Assembly (NCBI GenBank): GCA_031082155.1
Contig: JAVHLL010000006.1
Span: forward strand, 952-64,951
Direction of reading: 5' to 3'
Length of the DNA stretch: 64,000 bases
Source: Thermodesulfovibrionales bacterium
GTDB lineage: Bacteria > Nitrospirota > Thermodesulfovibrionia > Thermodesulfovibrionales > SM23-35
A program made the translations under genes and the position numbers. Positions 19,240 through 28,814 of the stretch are shown one piece after another; the stretch's first letter is position 1; each line of letters begins with the position of its first letter. The notes under the pieces were generated by a model. It was not told the origin of the DNA. It worked only from the letters and a program-made list of their open reading frames with translations, and ran no database searches.

Positions 19240-19908
19240 TTACAGGAACTGCAATAAAGGGGCAGGGTCCGAAAGGTCCCCTGCAACATAGTCTGCCCCG
19301 GCATCCCTTAAGTCGTCAGCGGAATAAGGGCCTGTAGCTACCGCAAAACAGGCAGCGCCATAAATCTTTGCACATTCCACATCACGGGGGGTATCTCCTA
19401 CCACAATGCATTCTTCAATCCGTATTGTGTGTGAGGAAAACGCCTGGTAGCGGGTGACTGCAACTGGCAGAAGCATGTTTCGGTCTTCATCATCGCTGCC
19501 GAACGCACCGGTCGGGAAATATGCATTGAGCTGAAACGGTTCCAGCTTTATTCGTGCACCCCTTTCCAGGTTCCCGGTGAGAAGGCCGAGGGCAATATCA
19601 TTTCTGTGGTACAGCTTCTCCAGAGTCTCGTAGATGCCGGGTTTGATGCTCTTCCGATCATTCTGTACCTCCGAATGGAGATGTCTGAGATATGTTTTCA
19701 CGACTAGTTCCAGATTACCGTCTACCGGCAAACCGTGCTTTATGAGACCCTCCCGCATGATTAACGGGTCTGTCTTTCCGGCCATACTGATGCCGCGGAA
19801 ACCGTTCTCTATTGAAAATAATTCTTTCAGGGCGAAATCAAGGGCACGAACCCCTGCTCCGCCTGAGTCGATAAGTGTACCGTCTATGTCGAACAGTATC
19901 AGACGCAT
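19240..19908 (-). CDS. HAD-superfamily hydrolase (phosphoglycolate phosphatase-like)
   Basis: Motif I MRLILFDIDGTLIDS. Later motifs LLTGN and VVGDTPRDVECA. Confidence 0.85.
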   Translation of the reverse strand: MRLILFDIDGTLIDSGGAGVRALDFALKELFSIENGFRGISMAGKTDPLIMREGLIKHGLPVDGNLELVVKTYLRHLHSEVQNDRKSIKPGIYETLEKLYHRNDIALGLLTGNLERGARIKLEPFQLNAYFPTGAFGSDDEDRNMLLPVAVTRYQAFSSHTIRIEECIVVGDTPRDVECAKIYGAACFAVATGPYSADDLRDAGADYVAGDLSDPAPLLQFL

Positions 19909-20003
19909 GAATTATTTTACCTTTAAAATCACAGAATATACACCCTTTCATTGATCCTTGGCAAGGAGGCAGACCTGTTTCAAATAACTATTTCTACCTA
20001 CTA

Positions 20004-20129
20004 GGAATTTATGGGACATGGCTCAATCTCCGAATCGAACCCACTGACAACTTCGATGAGACCGAAGACGACGCTCAGGTTCCCGGGGCTTATCAGGTTT
20101 CCATGATATGCCGGCATGCCCGAATTACC
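20004..20129 (+). repeat. structured intergenic element, copy C (shorter, more diverged)
   Basis: Core TTCGATGAGACCGAAGACGACGC at 20051-20074. It sits between imperfectly complementary arms ggaatttatgggacatgg (20004-21) and ccatgatatgccggcatgcccgaattacc (20101-29). Confidence 0.4.
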
Positions 20130-20277
20130 TTGACTAATTTCTTCAGCACATGATAAGGTACTAATAAGATTTTAGAAGTTTTTGCGTTCACAGAAGGCCA
20201 CAAAGACTTTTAGCTTTGTGGCTTTTTTTTATTGAGTCCTTCTGAGATTTTAGTTTATAGATAAGGAGGTAAACAAA

Positions 20278-20478
20278 ATGACACAAGGAACTGTGAAGTG
20301 GTTCAACGATAGCAAAGGGTTTGGCTTCATTACTGCTGAAGACAATACTGATGTTTTTGTCCACCATACGTCTATTCAGGGCAGTGGCTTTAAAAGCCTT
20401 GCCGAAGGTGACAACGTCAGCTTTGATACTGAACAAGGCCCGAAAGGTCCCAAAGCGATCAATGTAGTTAAACTCTAA
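20278..20478 (+). CDS. cspA: cold-shock protein, CspA family
   Basis: 66 aa. [15 protein letters not shown] (RNP1) and VFVHHTSI (RNP2). Confidence 0.95.
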   Translation: MTQGTVKWFNDSKGFGFITAEDNTDVFVHHTSIQGSGFKSLAEGDNVSFDTEQGPKGPKAINVVKL

Positions 20479-20490
20479 TTAATTGGGCAA

Positions 20491-20513
20491 GGTCCTCTCC
20501 AGTGGAGGGGGCC
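20491..20513 (+). terminator. hairpin downstream of cspA (terminator-like)
   Basis: ggtcctctcc-agt-ggagggggcc forms a 10-bp stem including 2 G-U pairs. It is followed by ttctccttt. Confidence 0.4.
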
Positions 20514-20540
20514 TTCTCCTTTGAGAAGAATGAGAGGGAC

Positions 20541-20909
20541 ATGAATAATAATAAGCATGCAGCAATGATGGAGAGGAAGCAGGAGATGATGCAGCAGAGA
20601 CGTGACGCAGGCTCTATAGAGACAAACTTTCCTGAGGTTACAAGCATCAACATGAATATGACCTATAACCAGAAAGGGACAAAATCGATACTCCGGACCT
20701 TTCATTTCATTCCCAGCAGCTATGCTTTTTTCATAGTGAATTGCTTACGAAAAGACTGCGTTGATGGTGGATTTGATCTCACCCAGGTTATAACCACGAT
20801 GGTCAGAAACCACAGGGCAGAGGTCAAGGGAGCACTCAGTTGCAAAGGTACAGACTCTTCTACCAACCACTCGGATATTGTTTACGAGGTTTCCATACAA
20901 TACGCATAA
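20541..20909 (+). CDS. hypothetical protein
   Basis: ORF with an ATG at 20541 downstream of the csp hairpin. No family recognised. Confidence 0.4.
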   Translation: MNNNKHAAMMERKQEMMQQRRDAGSIETNFPEVTSINMNMTYNQKGTKSILRTFHFIPSSYAFFIVNCLRKDCVDGGFDLTQVITTMVRNHRAEVKGALSCKGTDSSTNHSDIVYEVSIQYA

Positions 20910-21568
20910 AAATTGCTCCACAAGTTGTTGTTTCAGAGATGACCTTCTGTTTAGCGCCTCGCTGAAGTCGTTATTCTCCTTAAAATACTCTCAAAGGATT
21001 AGAAGCTGTACGTCTGATTAAGATAATATGTTATGCTTACTACAGAGGAAATAATCGAACAGGGGCACTGATAAATAGATTTCATTTCGCAACGCTCACC
21101 TTTTAGCGGTCTCCCAGATTTATGAACATTTTTTCTTTTCATCTTTGAGAAAGGACTTTCTTGCCACTTTATATAAGCAAATGCACACATAAGAACAGGG
21201 AGAGTAAACGCATATACCATATTGGGAAATCTATCATTTTGCCTCATGTCCGTTATATAGAGAATGGGGATCATAAAGGCATGATGTTTCATTCTCAAGT
21301 TATAAGCTCCCAGGGACGTTGTCATACCTTAGGATGCAATAGGATGGATGTTTCTGGTCTATGTTTGGGACATAAGACAAGCAGGAGAGAGTTTTTGCAA
21401 AGATATTGTGGTGCCGAACCAGAAACAAGGATACACAAATAATGAAAAGGATGAAGGCGCTAAGATATAAGAAACACACAAATTTAGGTAAAAGCGCAGA
21501 TTCCTGCAAAGAAACTCTTATTAATTATGGGCCAGTAAAAACCAGCCCACTTGCTTATGGAGGTTGTT

Positions 21569-21799
21569 ATGAAAGCACTCGTTGAACTTATGGCGAAATA
21601 TCTGGTGGATAATCCTGAGGAGGTTGTAGTTACAGTGGCAGATGGAGAAAAAACCTCTGTGTTTGAATTGCGTGTCGCTGCAAGTGATATTGGGAAGGTT
21701 GTCGGAAAGCGGGGAAATACAGCACATGCAATGAGAACAATAATGAGCGCTGCCGGCACTAAGCTTGATAGGCGTTTCGTTCTCGAAATATTGGATTAA
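21569..21799 (+). CDS. KH-domain RNA-binding protein (YlqC/UPF0109 family)
   Basis: MKALVELMAKYLVDNPEEVVV...DIGKVVGKRGNTAHAMRTI carries the GxxG KH motif. A GGAGG RBS precedes the ATG at 21569. Confidence 0.85.
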   Translation: MKALVELMAKYLVDNPEEVVVTVADGEKTSVFELRVAASDIGKVVGKRGNTAHAMRTIMSAAGTKLDRRFVLEILD

Positions 21800-21947
21800 A
21801 CTGAGTTGTAATTTCTTAATCGCTGAGCATAAAAGATAAAAGTTACTATCTTCTCCGATCTCACAATAGAGATAAAGCTACCTATTTGGAGGTAAGCGCA
21901 GGAATTTAAAAAACTGCTTATTATTCGGTAACTTAAGAGAGGCATAC

Positions 21948-22421
21948 ATGAAAGAAATCAAAAGGATTGCGTTGGTAGCCCATGATAATCGCAAAAAAGA
22001 TTTAGTCGAATGGGTTGAATGGAACTATAAATTGTTAATAGTCCATAAATTAATATGTACAGGAACTACCGGAAGATTAATTGAACAGACTATCAAAGCG
22101 AAACTCAAAAAAGAAGATACTGTTCCATATGAAATAACTTTATTAAAATCGGGACCTTTGGGAGGAGACCAACAATTAGGGGCCATGATAGCGGAGGGAG
22201 ACATTGATTTAGTAATCTTCCTTTGGGACCCAATGGAGCCGCAACCGCATGATGTTGATGTAAAGGCCTTACTGAGGATTGCAGTTTTATATAACATTCC
22301 GACTGCATGTAATCGTTCAACTGCCGATTTCATGATATCATCATCTTTATTAAACACGAAGTATGAACCGATAATGAAGGATTATTCCGGGTATATGAAA
22401 CGCACTTTTAGCTATGAATAA
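21948..22421 (+). CDS. mgsA: methylglyoxal synthase
   Basis: IALVAHDNRKKDLVEWV...LICTGTTG...GPLGGDQQLGAMI...VIFLWDP. Confidence 0.9.
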   Translation: MKEIKRIALVAHDNRKKDLVEWVEWNYKLLIVHKLICTGTTGRLIEQTIKAKLKKEDTVPYEITLLKSGPLGGDQQLGAMIAEGDIDLVIFLWDPMEPQPHDVDVKALLRIAVLYNIPTACNRSTADFMISSSLLNTKYEPIMKDYSGYMKRTFSYE

Positions 22422-22492
22422 GACTATTCAAAAGACTTTGACATGCAAAGAACCAAACATTGCATTAGAGAAGAGAAATAAAAGGAGATTAA

Positions 22493-22999
22493 ATGCAGCA
22501 ATACGAACCTGATGGTAAAATTCGCTATTTGACTCTTGTATCCGAATTTCTCAGGGATTTCAGAGAACTTCATTCCCAATTAGACATTTTTGACCGATTT
22601 GGCAGAGATTGTCTGACGGATATAACAGATATCCCTCAGACTGAAACCCTGGCCATGGGTGCATCCTGGCCCGAGGGTTCGGAAAAAAAGGTATTTCAAT
22701 TTAAAGAATCAGAGAAAAGGTGGGGCATTCTTGATCTCATATTCTATAAAGGAAGACTTGTGAACTTTCGTGCTCAGATATTTTTCCAAGGATGGTTTGC
22801 AAAATCGAAAGCGGTTAAGTTCAATTCACTTAAACTTCGCCCTTTAATAAAAAAAAGCTTCGAAATGGGAAATGTTTACCATGATCTCTCGAATGATACT
22901 TGTTCCTGTTATGATGGTCATGGATTAAAAATAACCTTTCGTTATGTACCTAAAACAACAAGCATTGCAACTACAATTGCCGAAGAAGCCTATGTATAA
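22493..22999 (+). CDS. hypothetical protein
   Basis: 168-aa ORF with an AAGGAG RBS. No family recognised. Confidence 0.5.
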   Translation: MQQYEPDGKIRYLTLVSEFLRDFRELHSQLDIFDRFGRDCLTDITDIPQTETLAMGASWPEGSEKKVFQFKESEKRWGILDLIFYKGRLVNFRAQIFFQGWFAKSKAVKFNSLKLRPLIKKSFEMGNVYHDLSNDTCSCYDGHGLKITFRYVPKTTSIATTIAEEAYV

Positions 23000-23054
23000 A
23001 TCTTTAAGGGACAAGGTCAATTGTATATGGTATGCAGGGTTGGATAGTATTTGA

Positions 23055-24335
23055 TCAAACGCCGATCGATGGCGGTCTGATGTTGTATTCCTTGTCCAGG
23101 CTGTACGCCATGATGACCGCTTTGTCGATATCTTCGTAGGGGAAATCAGGAGTGCTTAAGACGAGATGGGGGGCTTTGTCATCAAATTTTAGGCCGAATT
23201 CCTCACTTTTTTCATAAAGGACAGTGCCCGGAAGCACATGGAGAATGCTGAAAACAATATTCGAAGGATGCATATCCATAATTGTCTTTACTGATTTGAC
23301 AAATTTGAAAAAGTTATCGCCGGGCAGCCCGATGATCAGATCCGAAGTAACTTCTATTCCATTTGTTTCGAGGAGCCTCACTGCATTTCTGTATTTTTCT
23401 TCGTTGAAATAGCGGTTGACATTCTTCAGGGTGTCTTTATGCACTGTCTGCGGACCTGTTTCTATGCTTTTAATCTTCGCCTGCCTGAAAAGAGTTATCG
23501 TTTCTTCGTCCACAAATTCTGCAATGATCTCGACTGTCCGCAATTCAGCCCCATACCGGTTGGCCCGTGATATCATTTCAACTGTTTTCTTCAGATACTC
23601 TTTTCTGCAATTAAACACTGTATCGACGAAGTGAAAACTTTTTATCTCCGGACGGCTCAGGACAAGTTCTATCTCGCTCCTGACCCGTTCCTCAGGGAAA
23701 AAGCGCAGCCTTGGAATGTTTTTCCCTTCAAAACAGTAATGGCATTTGAACATGCAACCGCGATAGGTTTCTATATAGGTTACCTTATCCCTTGGGGAAA
23801 GGATCCCCTCCAGATAGGGAGAAGGGATCATACCGAGGTCTTCAATGGGAGCTCTGTCCGGGTTTGCCTGAATCTTCCCATTGTTCCGGAAACTTATGCC
23901 CTGAATATCTTCGAGATTGCCTTTCCCCGCATACCACCTCAGGAGTTCTGTAAAGGTAAATTCCCCTTCCCCTTTCACAACAAAATCGACCGAAGGATTT
24001 TCACGGAGATATTTTTCACCGACTGGTCCGACTTCTGGACCGCCGAGCACAATCTTTGTTTCAGGGCGGATCGTTTTTATTATCCGTGCGGTGTCAAGAA
24101 CCTTGCTGATATTCCAGCAATAACAGGAAAATCCAATCATATCGGGCCTGAACTGGGTCAGATAATAGACAACCTGCTGTACATTGAGCATCTCGGTATC
24201 GAAGTCGATGATCTCTATCTCGGCAACATCCCGGATGAAGGCGTCTTTGAACGCATAGGCCTTGAGATACCCGAGCGCCAGAGAAAAATGGTTCGCCCAG
24301 TTGAATGAGAGGAGGAGTACTCTTCTCTTAGACAT
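23055..24335 (-). CDS. B12-binding-domain radical SAM protein
   Basis: The N-terminus is cobalamin-binding-like (RVLLLSFNW...MIGFSCYCWN). The radical SAM cluster is YRGCMFKCHYCFEG. Confidence 0.85.
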   Translation of the reverse strand: MSKRRVLLLSFNWANHFSLALGYLKAYAFKDAFIRDVAEIEIIDFDTEMLNVQQVVYYLTQFRPDMIGFSCYCWNISKVLDTARIIKTIRPETKIVLGGPEVGPVGEKYLRENPSVDFVVKGEGEFTFTELLRWYAGKGNLEDIQGISFRNNGKIQANPDRAPIEDLGMIPSPYLEGILSPRDKVTYIETYRGCMFKCHYCFEGKNIPRLRFFPEERVRSEIELVLSRPEIKSFHFVDTVFNCRKEYLKKTVEMISRANRYGAELRTVEIIAEFVDEETITLFRQAKIKSIETGPQTVHKDTLKNVNRYFNEEKYRNAVRLLETNGIEVTSDLIIGLPGDNFFKFVKSVKTIMDMHPSNIVFSILHVLPGTVLYEKSEEFGLKFDDKAPHLVLSTPDFPYEDIDKAVIMAYSLDKEYNIRPPSIGV

Positions 24336-25179
24336 GCAAGGCCTTTATGTTCTCGGTGTATTTACTGGCGGTTACCGGGAAAAACTCCCGGTCTCCGAAT
24401 TGCGTGAGGTATCTTGTCTCAGCGCCGGGGCAGAGTTCCCTGAAGATGCATTGAACACACGCGTTATGGTGCTGGAACGTTCTTTCATAAAGACCTGTCA
24501 GGCCGGACAAAAGTTCACCGATATGAGGTTCAAGCCCCTGCATGACACAGAAGGGAAGGCCCTCGGTGAGGATCCAGACACGGTTGAAAATACTGATATT
24601 GAGAGAATTCGCGATGCGGGGGAGAAGAGACCCGAAGGGTATGGAATAGTCGTATACTGAGAGGATGATACGGTTGATTCCGAAATTCAATACCGTAGTA
24701 ACAGTATTTTCAAGATCAGTGACATTCTCCCTGCAGACAGGGATGCGTATGCAGATGAATTTTTCCTGGGGAAGTTCGGCAATATTTTGCACTCCCTGGA
24801 TCGTCTCCCAGAAACTTCCGTTCACCCTGGTAATATGGTCATGGAGAGAGGGGTTCGAAGCCCAGAGTTTTATTTCAAAGAGAGAACACCCTGTACTGAG
24901 GATTCTGTGGAGATAGTGCGGATCAGAAAATGCCCTTCCGTTTGTAAAGAGTTTGATTCTTCTGTACCCATTTTCCCTGGCAGCCTTAAGAATATTGAAG
25001 ATATCGTGCCGGACAGTCGGTTCACCACCATAGAATGCGATGCTGTCAGTTTCTCTCTGGCTCATTGCGGCTACTATTGACTCTGAATCAATTTGTGGTG
25101 AAGTCTTATGTCCTGCGGAACAATGAAGGCATGCATTGTTGCATTCACCGCCAAGGAATATTTCTTTATACCGCAGCAA
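24328..25179 (-). CDS. radical SAM protein with C-terminal Cys-rich (SPASM-like) tail
   Basis: GGECNNACLHCSA carries CxxxCxxC. The C-terminus has CVQCIFRELCPG. The stop overlaps the start of the B12-rSAM gene by 8 nt. Confidence 0.8.
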   Translation of the reverse strand: MLRYKEIFLGGECNNACLHCSAGHKTSPQIDSESIVAAMSQRETDSIAFYGGEPTVRHDIFNILKAARENGYRRIKLFTNGRAFSDPHYLHRILSTGCSLFEIKLWASNPSLHDHITRVNGSFWETIQGVQNIAELPQEKFICIRIPVCRENVTDLENTVTTVLNFGINRIILSVYDYSIPFGSLLPRIANSLNISIFNRVWILTEGLPFCVMQGLEPHIGELLSGLTGLYERTFQHHNACVQCIFRELCPGAETRYLTQFGDREFFPVTASKYTENIKALHV

Positions 25180-25341
25180 CGGTGTCCTTTTTTATAAGTT
25201 CCCCTCTTCAGGAAAAGAGGGGCAGGGAGAGATTTGATCAATGAAGGGGTTTTTAAAAATCCTTTCGTTCATATCAAAATTATACCACAAGTGTTTTTTG
25301 TTCGATTGAATCATTGCCATTTGTTCAAAATAATCAGGTAT

Positions 25342-25506
25342 AGGGATAAGGCTTTATTTCCAGATAGAAATCACGGATAACCTCGATGAGATCGGAGACG
25401 AAGCATAGTTCTCAACTCTTCATAGTTCACTGCCAGAAAAGTCAGGGGAAGGTTTGCACAGAAATAGAGAGAGTTTATTTCGATTTGGAAATAAAGCCTT
25501 ATCCCT
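25342..25506 (+). repeat. structured intergenic element, copy B
   Basis: agggataaggctttatttcca (25342-62) is the exact reverse complement of 25486-25506. The interior blocks ATCACGG, CTCGATGAGATCGGAGACGAAGC and AGTCAG-GGG-AAGG are spaced exactly as in copy A. Confidence 0.7.
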
Positions 25507-25583
25507 CTGGTTCTTTCAGAAATAGTTATTCGGGGATGGTCTGAAATTGAATAAGGTCAAGAGAATCTTTTATAGTAAGTGAT

Positions 25584-27437
25584 ATGTACAGGGAACGGGA
25601 TTATGATGTGATCGTAATCGGCGCAGGGCACGCAGGCTGCGAGGCGGCCCTTGCGTCGTCAAGGATGGGCCTTGAAACCTGCCTCTTTACCATAAACATT
25701 GACACCATCGCGCAGATGTCCTGCAACCCTGCAGTCGGAGGACTTGCAAAGGGGCACATAGTGCGTGAGATTGACGCCCTCGGCGGAGAGATGGCAAAGG
25801 TCACAGACAGGGCCGGTATCCAATTCAGGATGCTCAATATGTCGAAGGGTCCTGCGGTCTGGTCCTTGCGGGCACAGGCAGACAGGGTACTATACCGGCT
25901 CGCAATGCGACAGAGTATCGAATCGCAGAAAAACCTGGATATCAAACAGGCTCTCGCCGAAAAAATCGAGGTCGGAGACGGCAGGGTGAAGGGTGTGCTC
26001 ACCTCCCTCAGCGTCTTCTATGGTGCAAGGGCAGTGATTGTAACAACAGGCACTTTTCTGAAGGGACTGATCCATATAGGACTTGAGAACTTTTCTGCAG
26101 GCAGGGCCGGCGAATTTCCTTCAATAGGGCTTTCTGATTCCCTGCAGAATCTCGGACTGCAAATGGGCCGCCTGAAGACCGGCACCCCGCCCCGCCTCGA
26201 CGCAAAGACAATAGATTTTTCGAAGACAGAGCCCCAGTATGGTGATGATCCTCCGCAGCCTTTTTCCCACAGCACGGAAGAGATAACCAATCCGCAGCTG
26301 CCGTGCTTCATCACCTACACAAACCCTGAAACCCACTCAGCCATACTGAACAACCTCGACCGCTCTCCTCTCTACAGCGGAAAGATAAAGGGGATCGGGG
26401 CACGTTATTGTCCATCTATAGAGGACAAGGTAGTGCGCTTCGCAGAGAGGCCCAGGCACCAGGTCTTTCTCGAACCTGAAGGTCTTGAGACACAAGAATA
26501 CTATGCGAACGGCATCCCGACAAGCCTTCCCTATGATGTCCAGGTGAAATTCGTGAGGACGATCCCCGGGCTTGAAGCAGTCGAGATCATGAGGCCCGGT
26601 TATGCAATAGAATACGACTTTGTGTTTCCTGCGCAGCTGCAGAATACTCTGGAGACAAAGGATATCGACGGGCTGTTTCTTGCCGGACAGATCAACGGGA
26701 CATCAGGATATGAAGAAGCTGCTGCACAGGGGCTTATGGCAGGGATCAATGCGGCATTGAAACTCCAGGGCAAAGAACCCCTTATCCTTGGTCGCCACGA
26801 AGCATATATCGGGGTGCTTGTTGATGACCTTATCACAAAGGGCACCAATGAGCCATACAGGATGTTCACTTCAAGGGCGGAGTACAGGCTTCTCCTCAGA
26901 CATGACAATGCGGATCTCCGTCTTATGGACAGAGGACATGCGATCGGTCTGCTCGATGATGAGGTGTACGGGAAATTCCTCGAAAGAAAAAGGCTGATCA
27001 ACGAAGAGCGTGAACGCCTTGGGAAAACACGCGTCAGGTACAACGACCCCTCAAAGACTGAAACCCTGGAGCAGCTCCTGAAGAGGCCCGAACTCACCTA
27101 TGCGTTCATAGACAAAGTTTCTCCTTCCCATAAAAACCTTGCTCCCGTCATCAAGAAGCAGGTTGAGATTCAGATCAAATATGACGGGTATATTGTCCGC
27201 CAGATGGAGGTGGCAGAGAAACTCAAGAAGATAGAAGGGAAGGTCATCCCCGAAGACTTCAATTATACCGCGGTCAACGGACTTTCCCGCGAGGTCCTCG
27301 GCAAACTGCAGGAAGTCAGGCCCGCAAACCTCGGTCAGGCGAGCAGGATCCCCGGCATCACTCCTGCCGCCCTCTCGCTGTTAATGGTAGCAATCGAACG
27401 GAGAAAGAGAGAGGGAAAAGATAAAAGAACTTCTTAA
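25584..27437 (+). CDS. mnmG: tRNA uridine 5-carboxymethylaminomethyl modification enzyme MnmG (GidA)
   Basis: 617 aa. YDVIVIGAGHAGCEAALA FAD motif and full-length GidA similarity. Confidence 0.97.
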   Translation: MYRERDYDVIVIGAGHAGCEAALASSRMGLETCLFTINIDTIAQMSCNPAVGGLAKGHIVREIDALGGEMAKVTDRAGIQFRMLNMSKGPAVWSLRAQADRVLYRLAMRQSIESQKNLDIKQALAEKIEVGDGRVKGVLTSLSVFYGARAVIVTTGTFLKGLIHIGLENFSAGRAGEFPSIGLSDSLQNLGLQMGRLKTGTPPRLDAKTIDFSKTEPQYGDDPPQPFSHSTEEITNPQLPCFITYTNPETHSAILNNLDRSPLYSGKIKGIGARYCPSIEDKVVRFAERPRHQVFLEPEGLETQEYYANGIPTSLPYDVQVKFVRTIPGLEAVEIMRPGYAIEYDFVFPAQLQNTLETKDIDGLFLAGQINGTSGYEEAAAQGLMAGINAALKLQGKEPLILGRHEAYIGVLVDDLITKGTNEPYRMFTSRAEYRLLLRHDNADLRLMDRGHAIGLLDDEVYGKFLERKRLINEERERLGKTRVRYNDPSKTETLEQLLKRPELTYAFIDKVSPSHKNLAPVIKKQVEIQIKYDGYIVRQMEVAEKLKKIEGKVIPEDFNYTAVNGLSREVLGKLQEVRPANLGQASRIPGITPAALSLLMVAIERRKREGKDKRTS

Positions 27438-27492
27438 AAAAGGCCTGCAGGAACTCGGCTATCCCCCTGATGCTGACAAGCTGGATGCCTTC

Positions 27493-28044
27493 ATGATATA
27501 TCTTTCGGAACTGAAGAAATGGAACAGGGTATACAACCTCACAGGACTCAGGACGGATGAAGATATAATCATAAAACATTTCCTGGATTCGGTGCTCTAT
27601 CTGAACTTTCTGCCCGCTAAAAGAATAACCGTCGCAGATATCGGGAGCGGAGCCGGATTCCCGGGGATACCGATGAAGATGGTCCGCCCCGAAATAAACA
27701 TGTACCTTATTGAGCCGTCTGCAAAGAAATCCTCTTTCCTGAACCACCTTATCAGAACAATGAATCTGGATGCGATCATGGTAATAGAAAAACGGGTTGA
27801 AGAGGCGATGACACCCGGCGATATAATCCCTGTTGATGCTGCGGTTTCAAGAGCCCTGTTTTCAGTAAAGGACTTTGTAAGAAAAACATCCCATATGGTA
27901 AAACCGGGAGGCAGGCTCGTTTTGAGTAAGGGACCAAAAGTCTCTGGGGAACTGAAGATGATGAACAATGCAGAGGTTGAGATCATCATGCGCAGACTCC
28001 CCCTCAGTGATATCAAACGATTTTTTGTGGTGATTACCCTGTGA
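27493..28044 (+). CDS. rsmG: 16S rRNA (guanine527-N7)-methyltransferase RsmG (GidB)
   Basis: LKKWNRVYNLTGLR...DIGSGAGFPGIPMK. The first ATG is 27493, but RsmG-like N-terminal sequence (IKELLKKGLQELGYPPDADKLDAF) is encoded in-frame from 27421 with no canonical start codon. Confidence 0.9.
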   Translation: MIYLSELKKWNRVYNLTGLRTDEDIIIKHFLDSVLYLNFLPAKRITVADIGSGAGFPGIPMKMVRPEINMYLIEPSAKKSSFLNHLIRTMNLDAIMVIEKRVEEAMTPGDIIPVDAAVSRALFSVKDFVRKTSHMVKPGGRLVLSKGPKVSGELKMMNNAEVEIIMRRLPLSDIKRFFVVITL

Positions 28045-28136
28045 TGAGGCATTGCATGATGAGGTCCAAACTTCCCCGCATATTGATACTTTACAGTCCT
28101 TCCTTTTGCATATATACTTTACCTTAAAAGGATTGT

Positions 28137-28814
28137 ATGAAAAAGATCATTATCCCACAAGACATCAAAGCGTTCCTTGAAAAAGAGCAGTGTTTTCTCG
28201 ACAGGTCGGACATGACAATATTCACGACATCGGACAATGAGGAGGTACTTGCCCTGCACAGGATTGAAAAAGCCGACCTTATTATCGCAAAGCTTGACAC
28301 TCCAAGAATGAACGGGGAATCCCTCTGTTCCCTTATCCGGGATGACAAGAAATTATGCAGGGTCTCTATTCTTATCGTATGTTCAGGCACGAAAACAGAG
28401 ACTGAACGGTGTCTGCAGTGCAGGGCAAATTCTTATATCACCACCCCGATAAACAACGCAACGTTATTGGTGGAAATACATCAGCTCCTGAATATCGCCC
28501 CGAGGAAAGCGCTAAGGATCCCCATGAGCATTAAAATTCACGTAACTTCAAAAGGGGGCCCTTTTACCGGCTACGGGGAAAATATCAGTGTATCAGGCAT
28601 GCTCTTGCATACCGAAACGCTTCTTGCAGATGGAGACACTCTCACCTGCAGTTTCTACCTTCCCGATTCCACTCACATCACTACGAATGCCGAAGTTATG
28701 AGATTGCTTGAAAGAACAACAGAACATGACACCAATGGGTATGGCATCAAATTCATTGACCTGAGCGCCGGTTTTCATTCAGCAATTGAAAGGTTTATCG
28801 GCAAAAGGATCTGA
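28137..28814 (+). CDS. receiver-like domain / PilZ domain protein (c-di-GMP effector candidate)
   Basis: N-terminal CheY-like fold (DLIIAKLDTPRMNG...ILIVCS). C-terminal PilZ motifs RKALR (RxxxR) and ENISVSGM (D/NxSxxG). Confidence 0.7.
   Translation: MKKIIIPQDIKAFLEKEQCFLDRSDMTIFTTSDNEEVLALHRIEKADLIIAKLDTPRMNGESLCSLIRDDKKLCRVSILIVCSGTKTETERCLQCRANSYITTPINNATLLVEIHQLLNIAPRKALRIPMSIKIHVTSKGGPFTGYGENISVSGMLLHTETLLADGDTLTCSFYLPDSTHITTNAEVMRLLERTTEHDTNGYGIKFIDLSAGFHSAIERFIGKRI

Noticed and set aside
20028-20045. ccgaatcgaaccc looked like a minus-strand tRNA T-arm.
   Set aside because: It does not match GG-ATTCGAA-CC, and no acceptor or anticodon arms can be drawn around it. The sequence belongs to element copy C.
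20999-21509. Two minus-strand ORFs (108 aa and 69 aa) in an AT-rich stretch, possibly a frameshifted membrane-protein gene.
   Set aside because: No RBS and no family resemblance, and the composition is compatible with chance ORFs in AT-rich DNA. Left unannotated.
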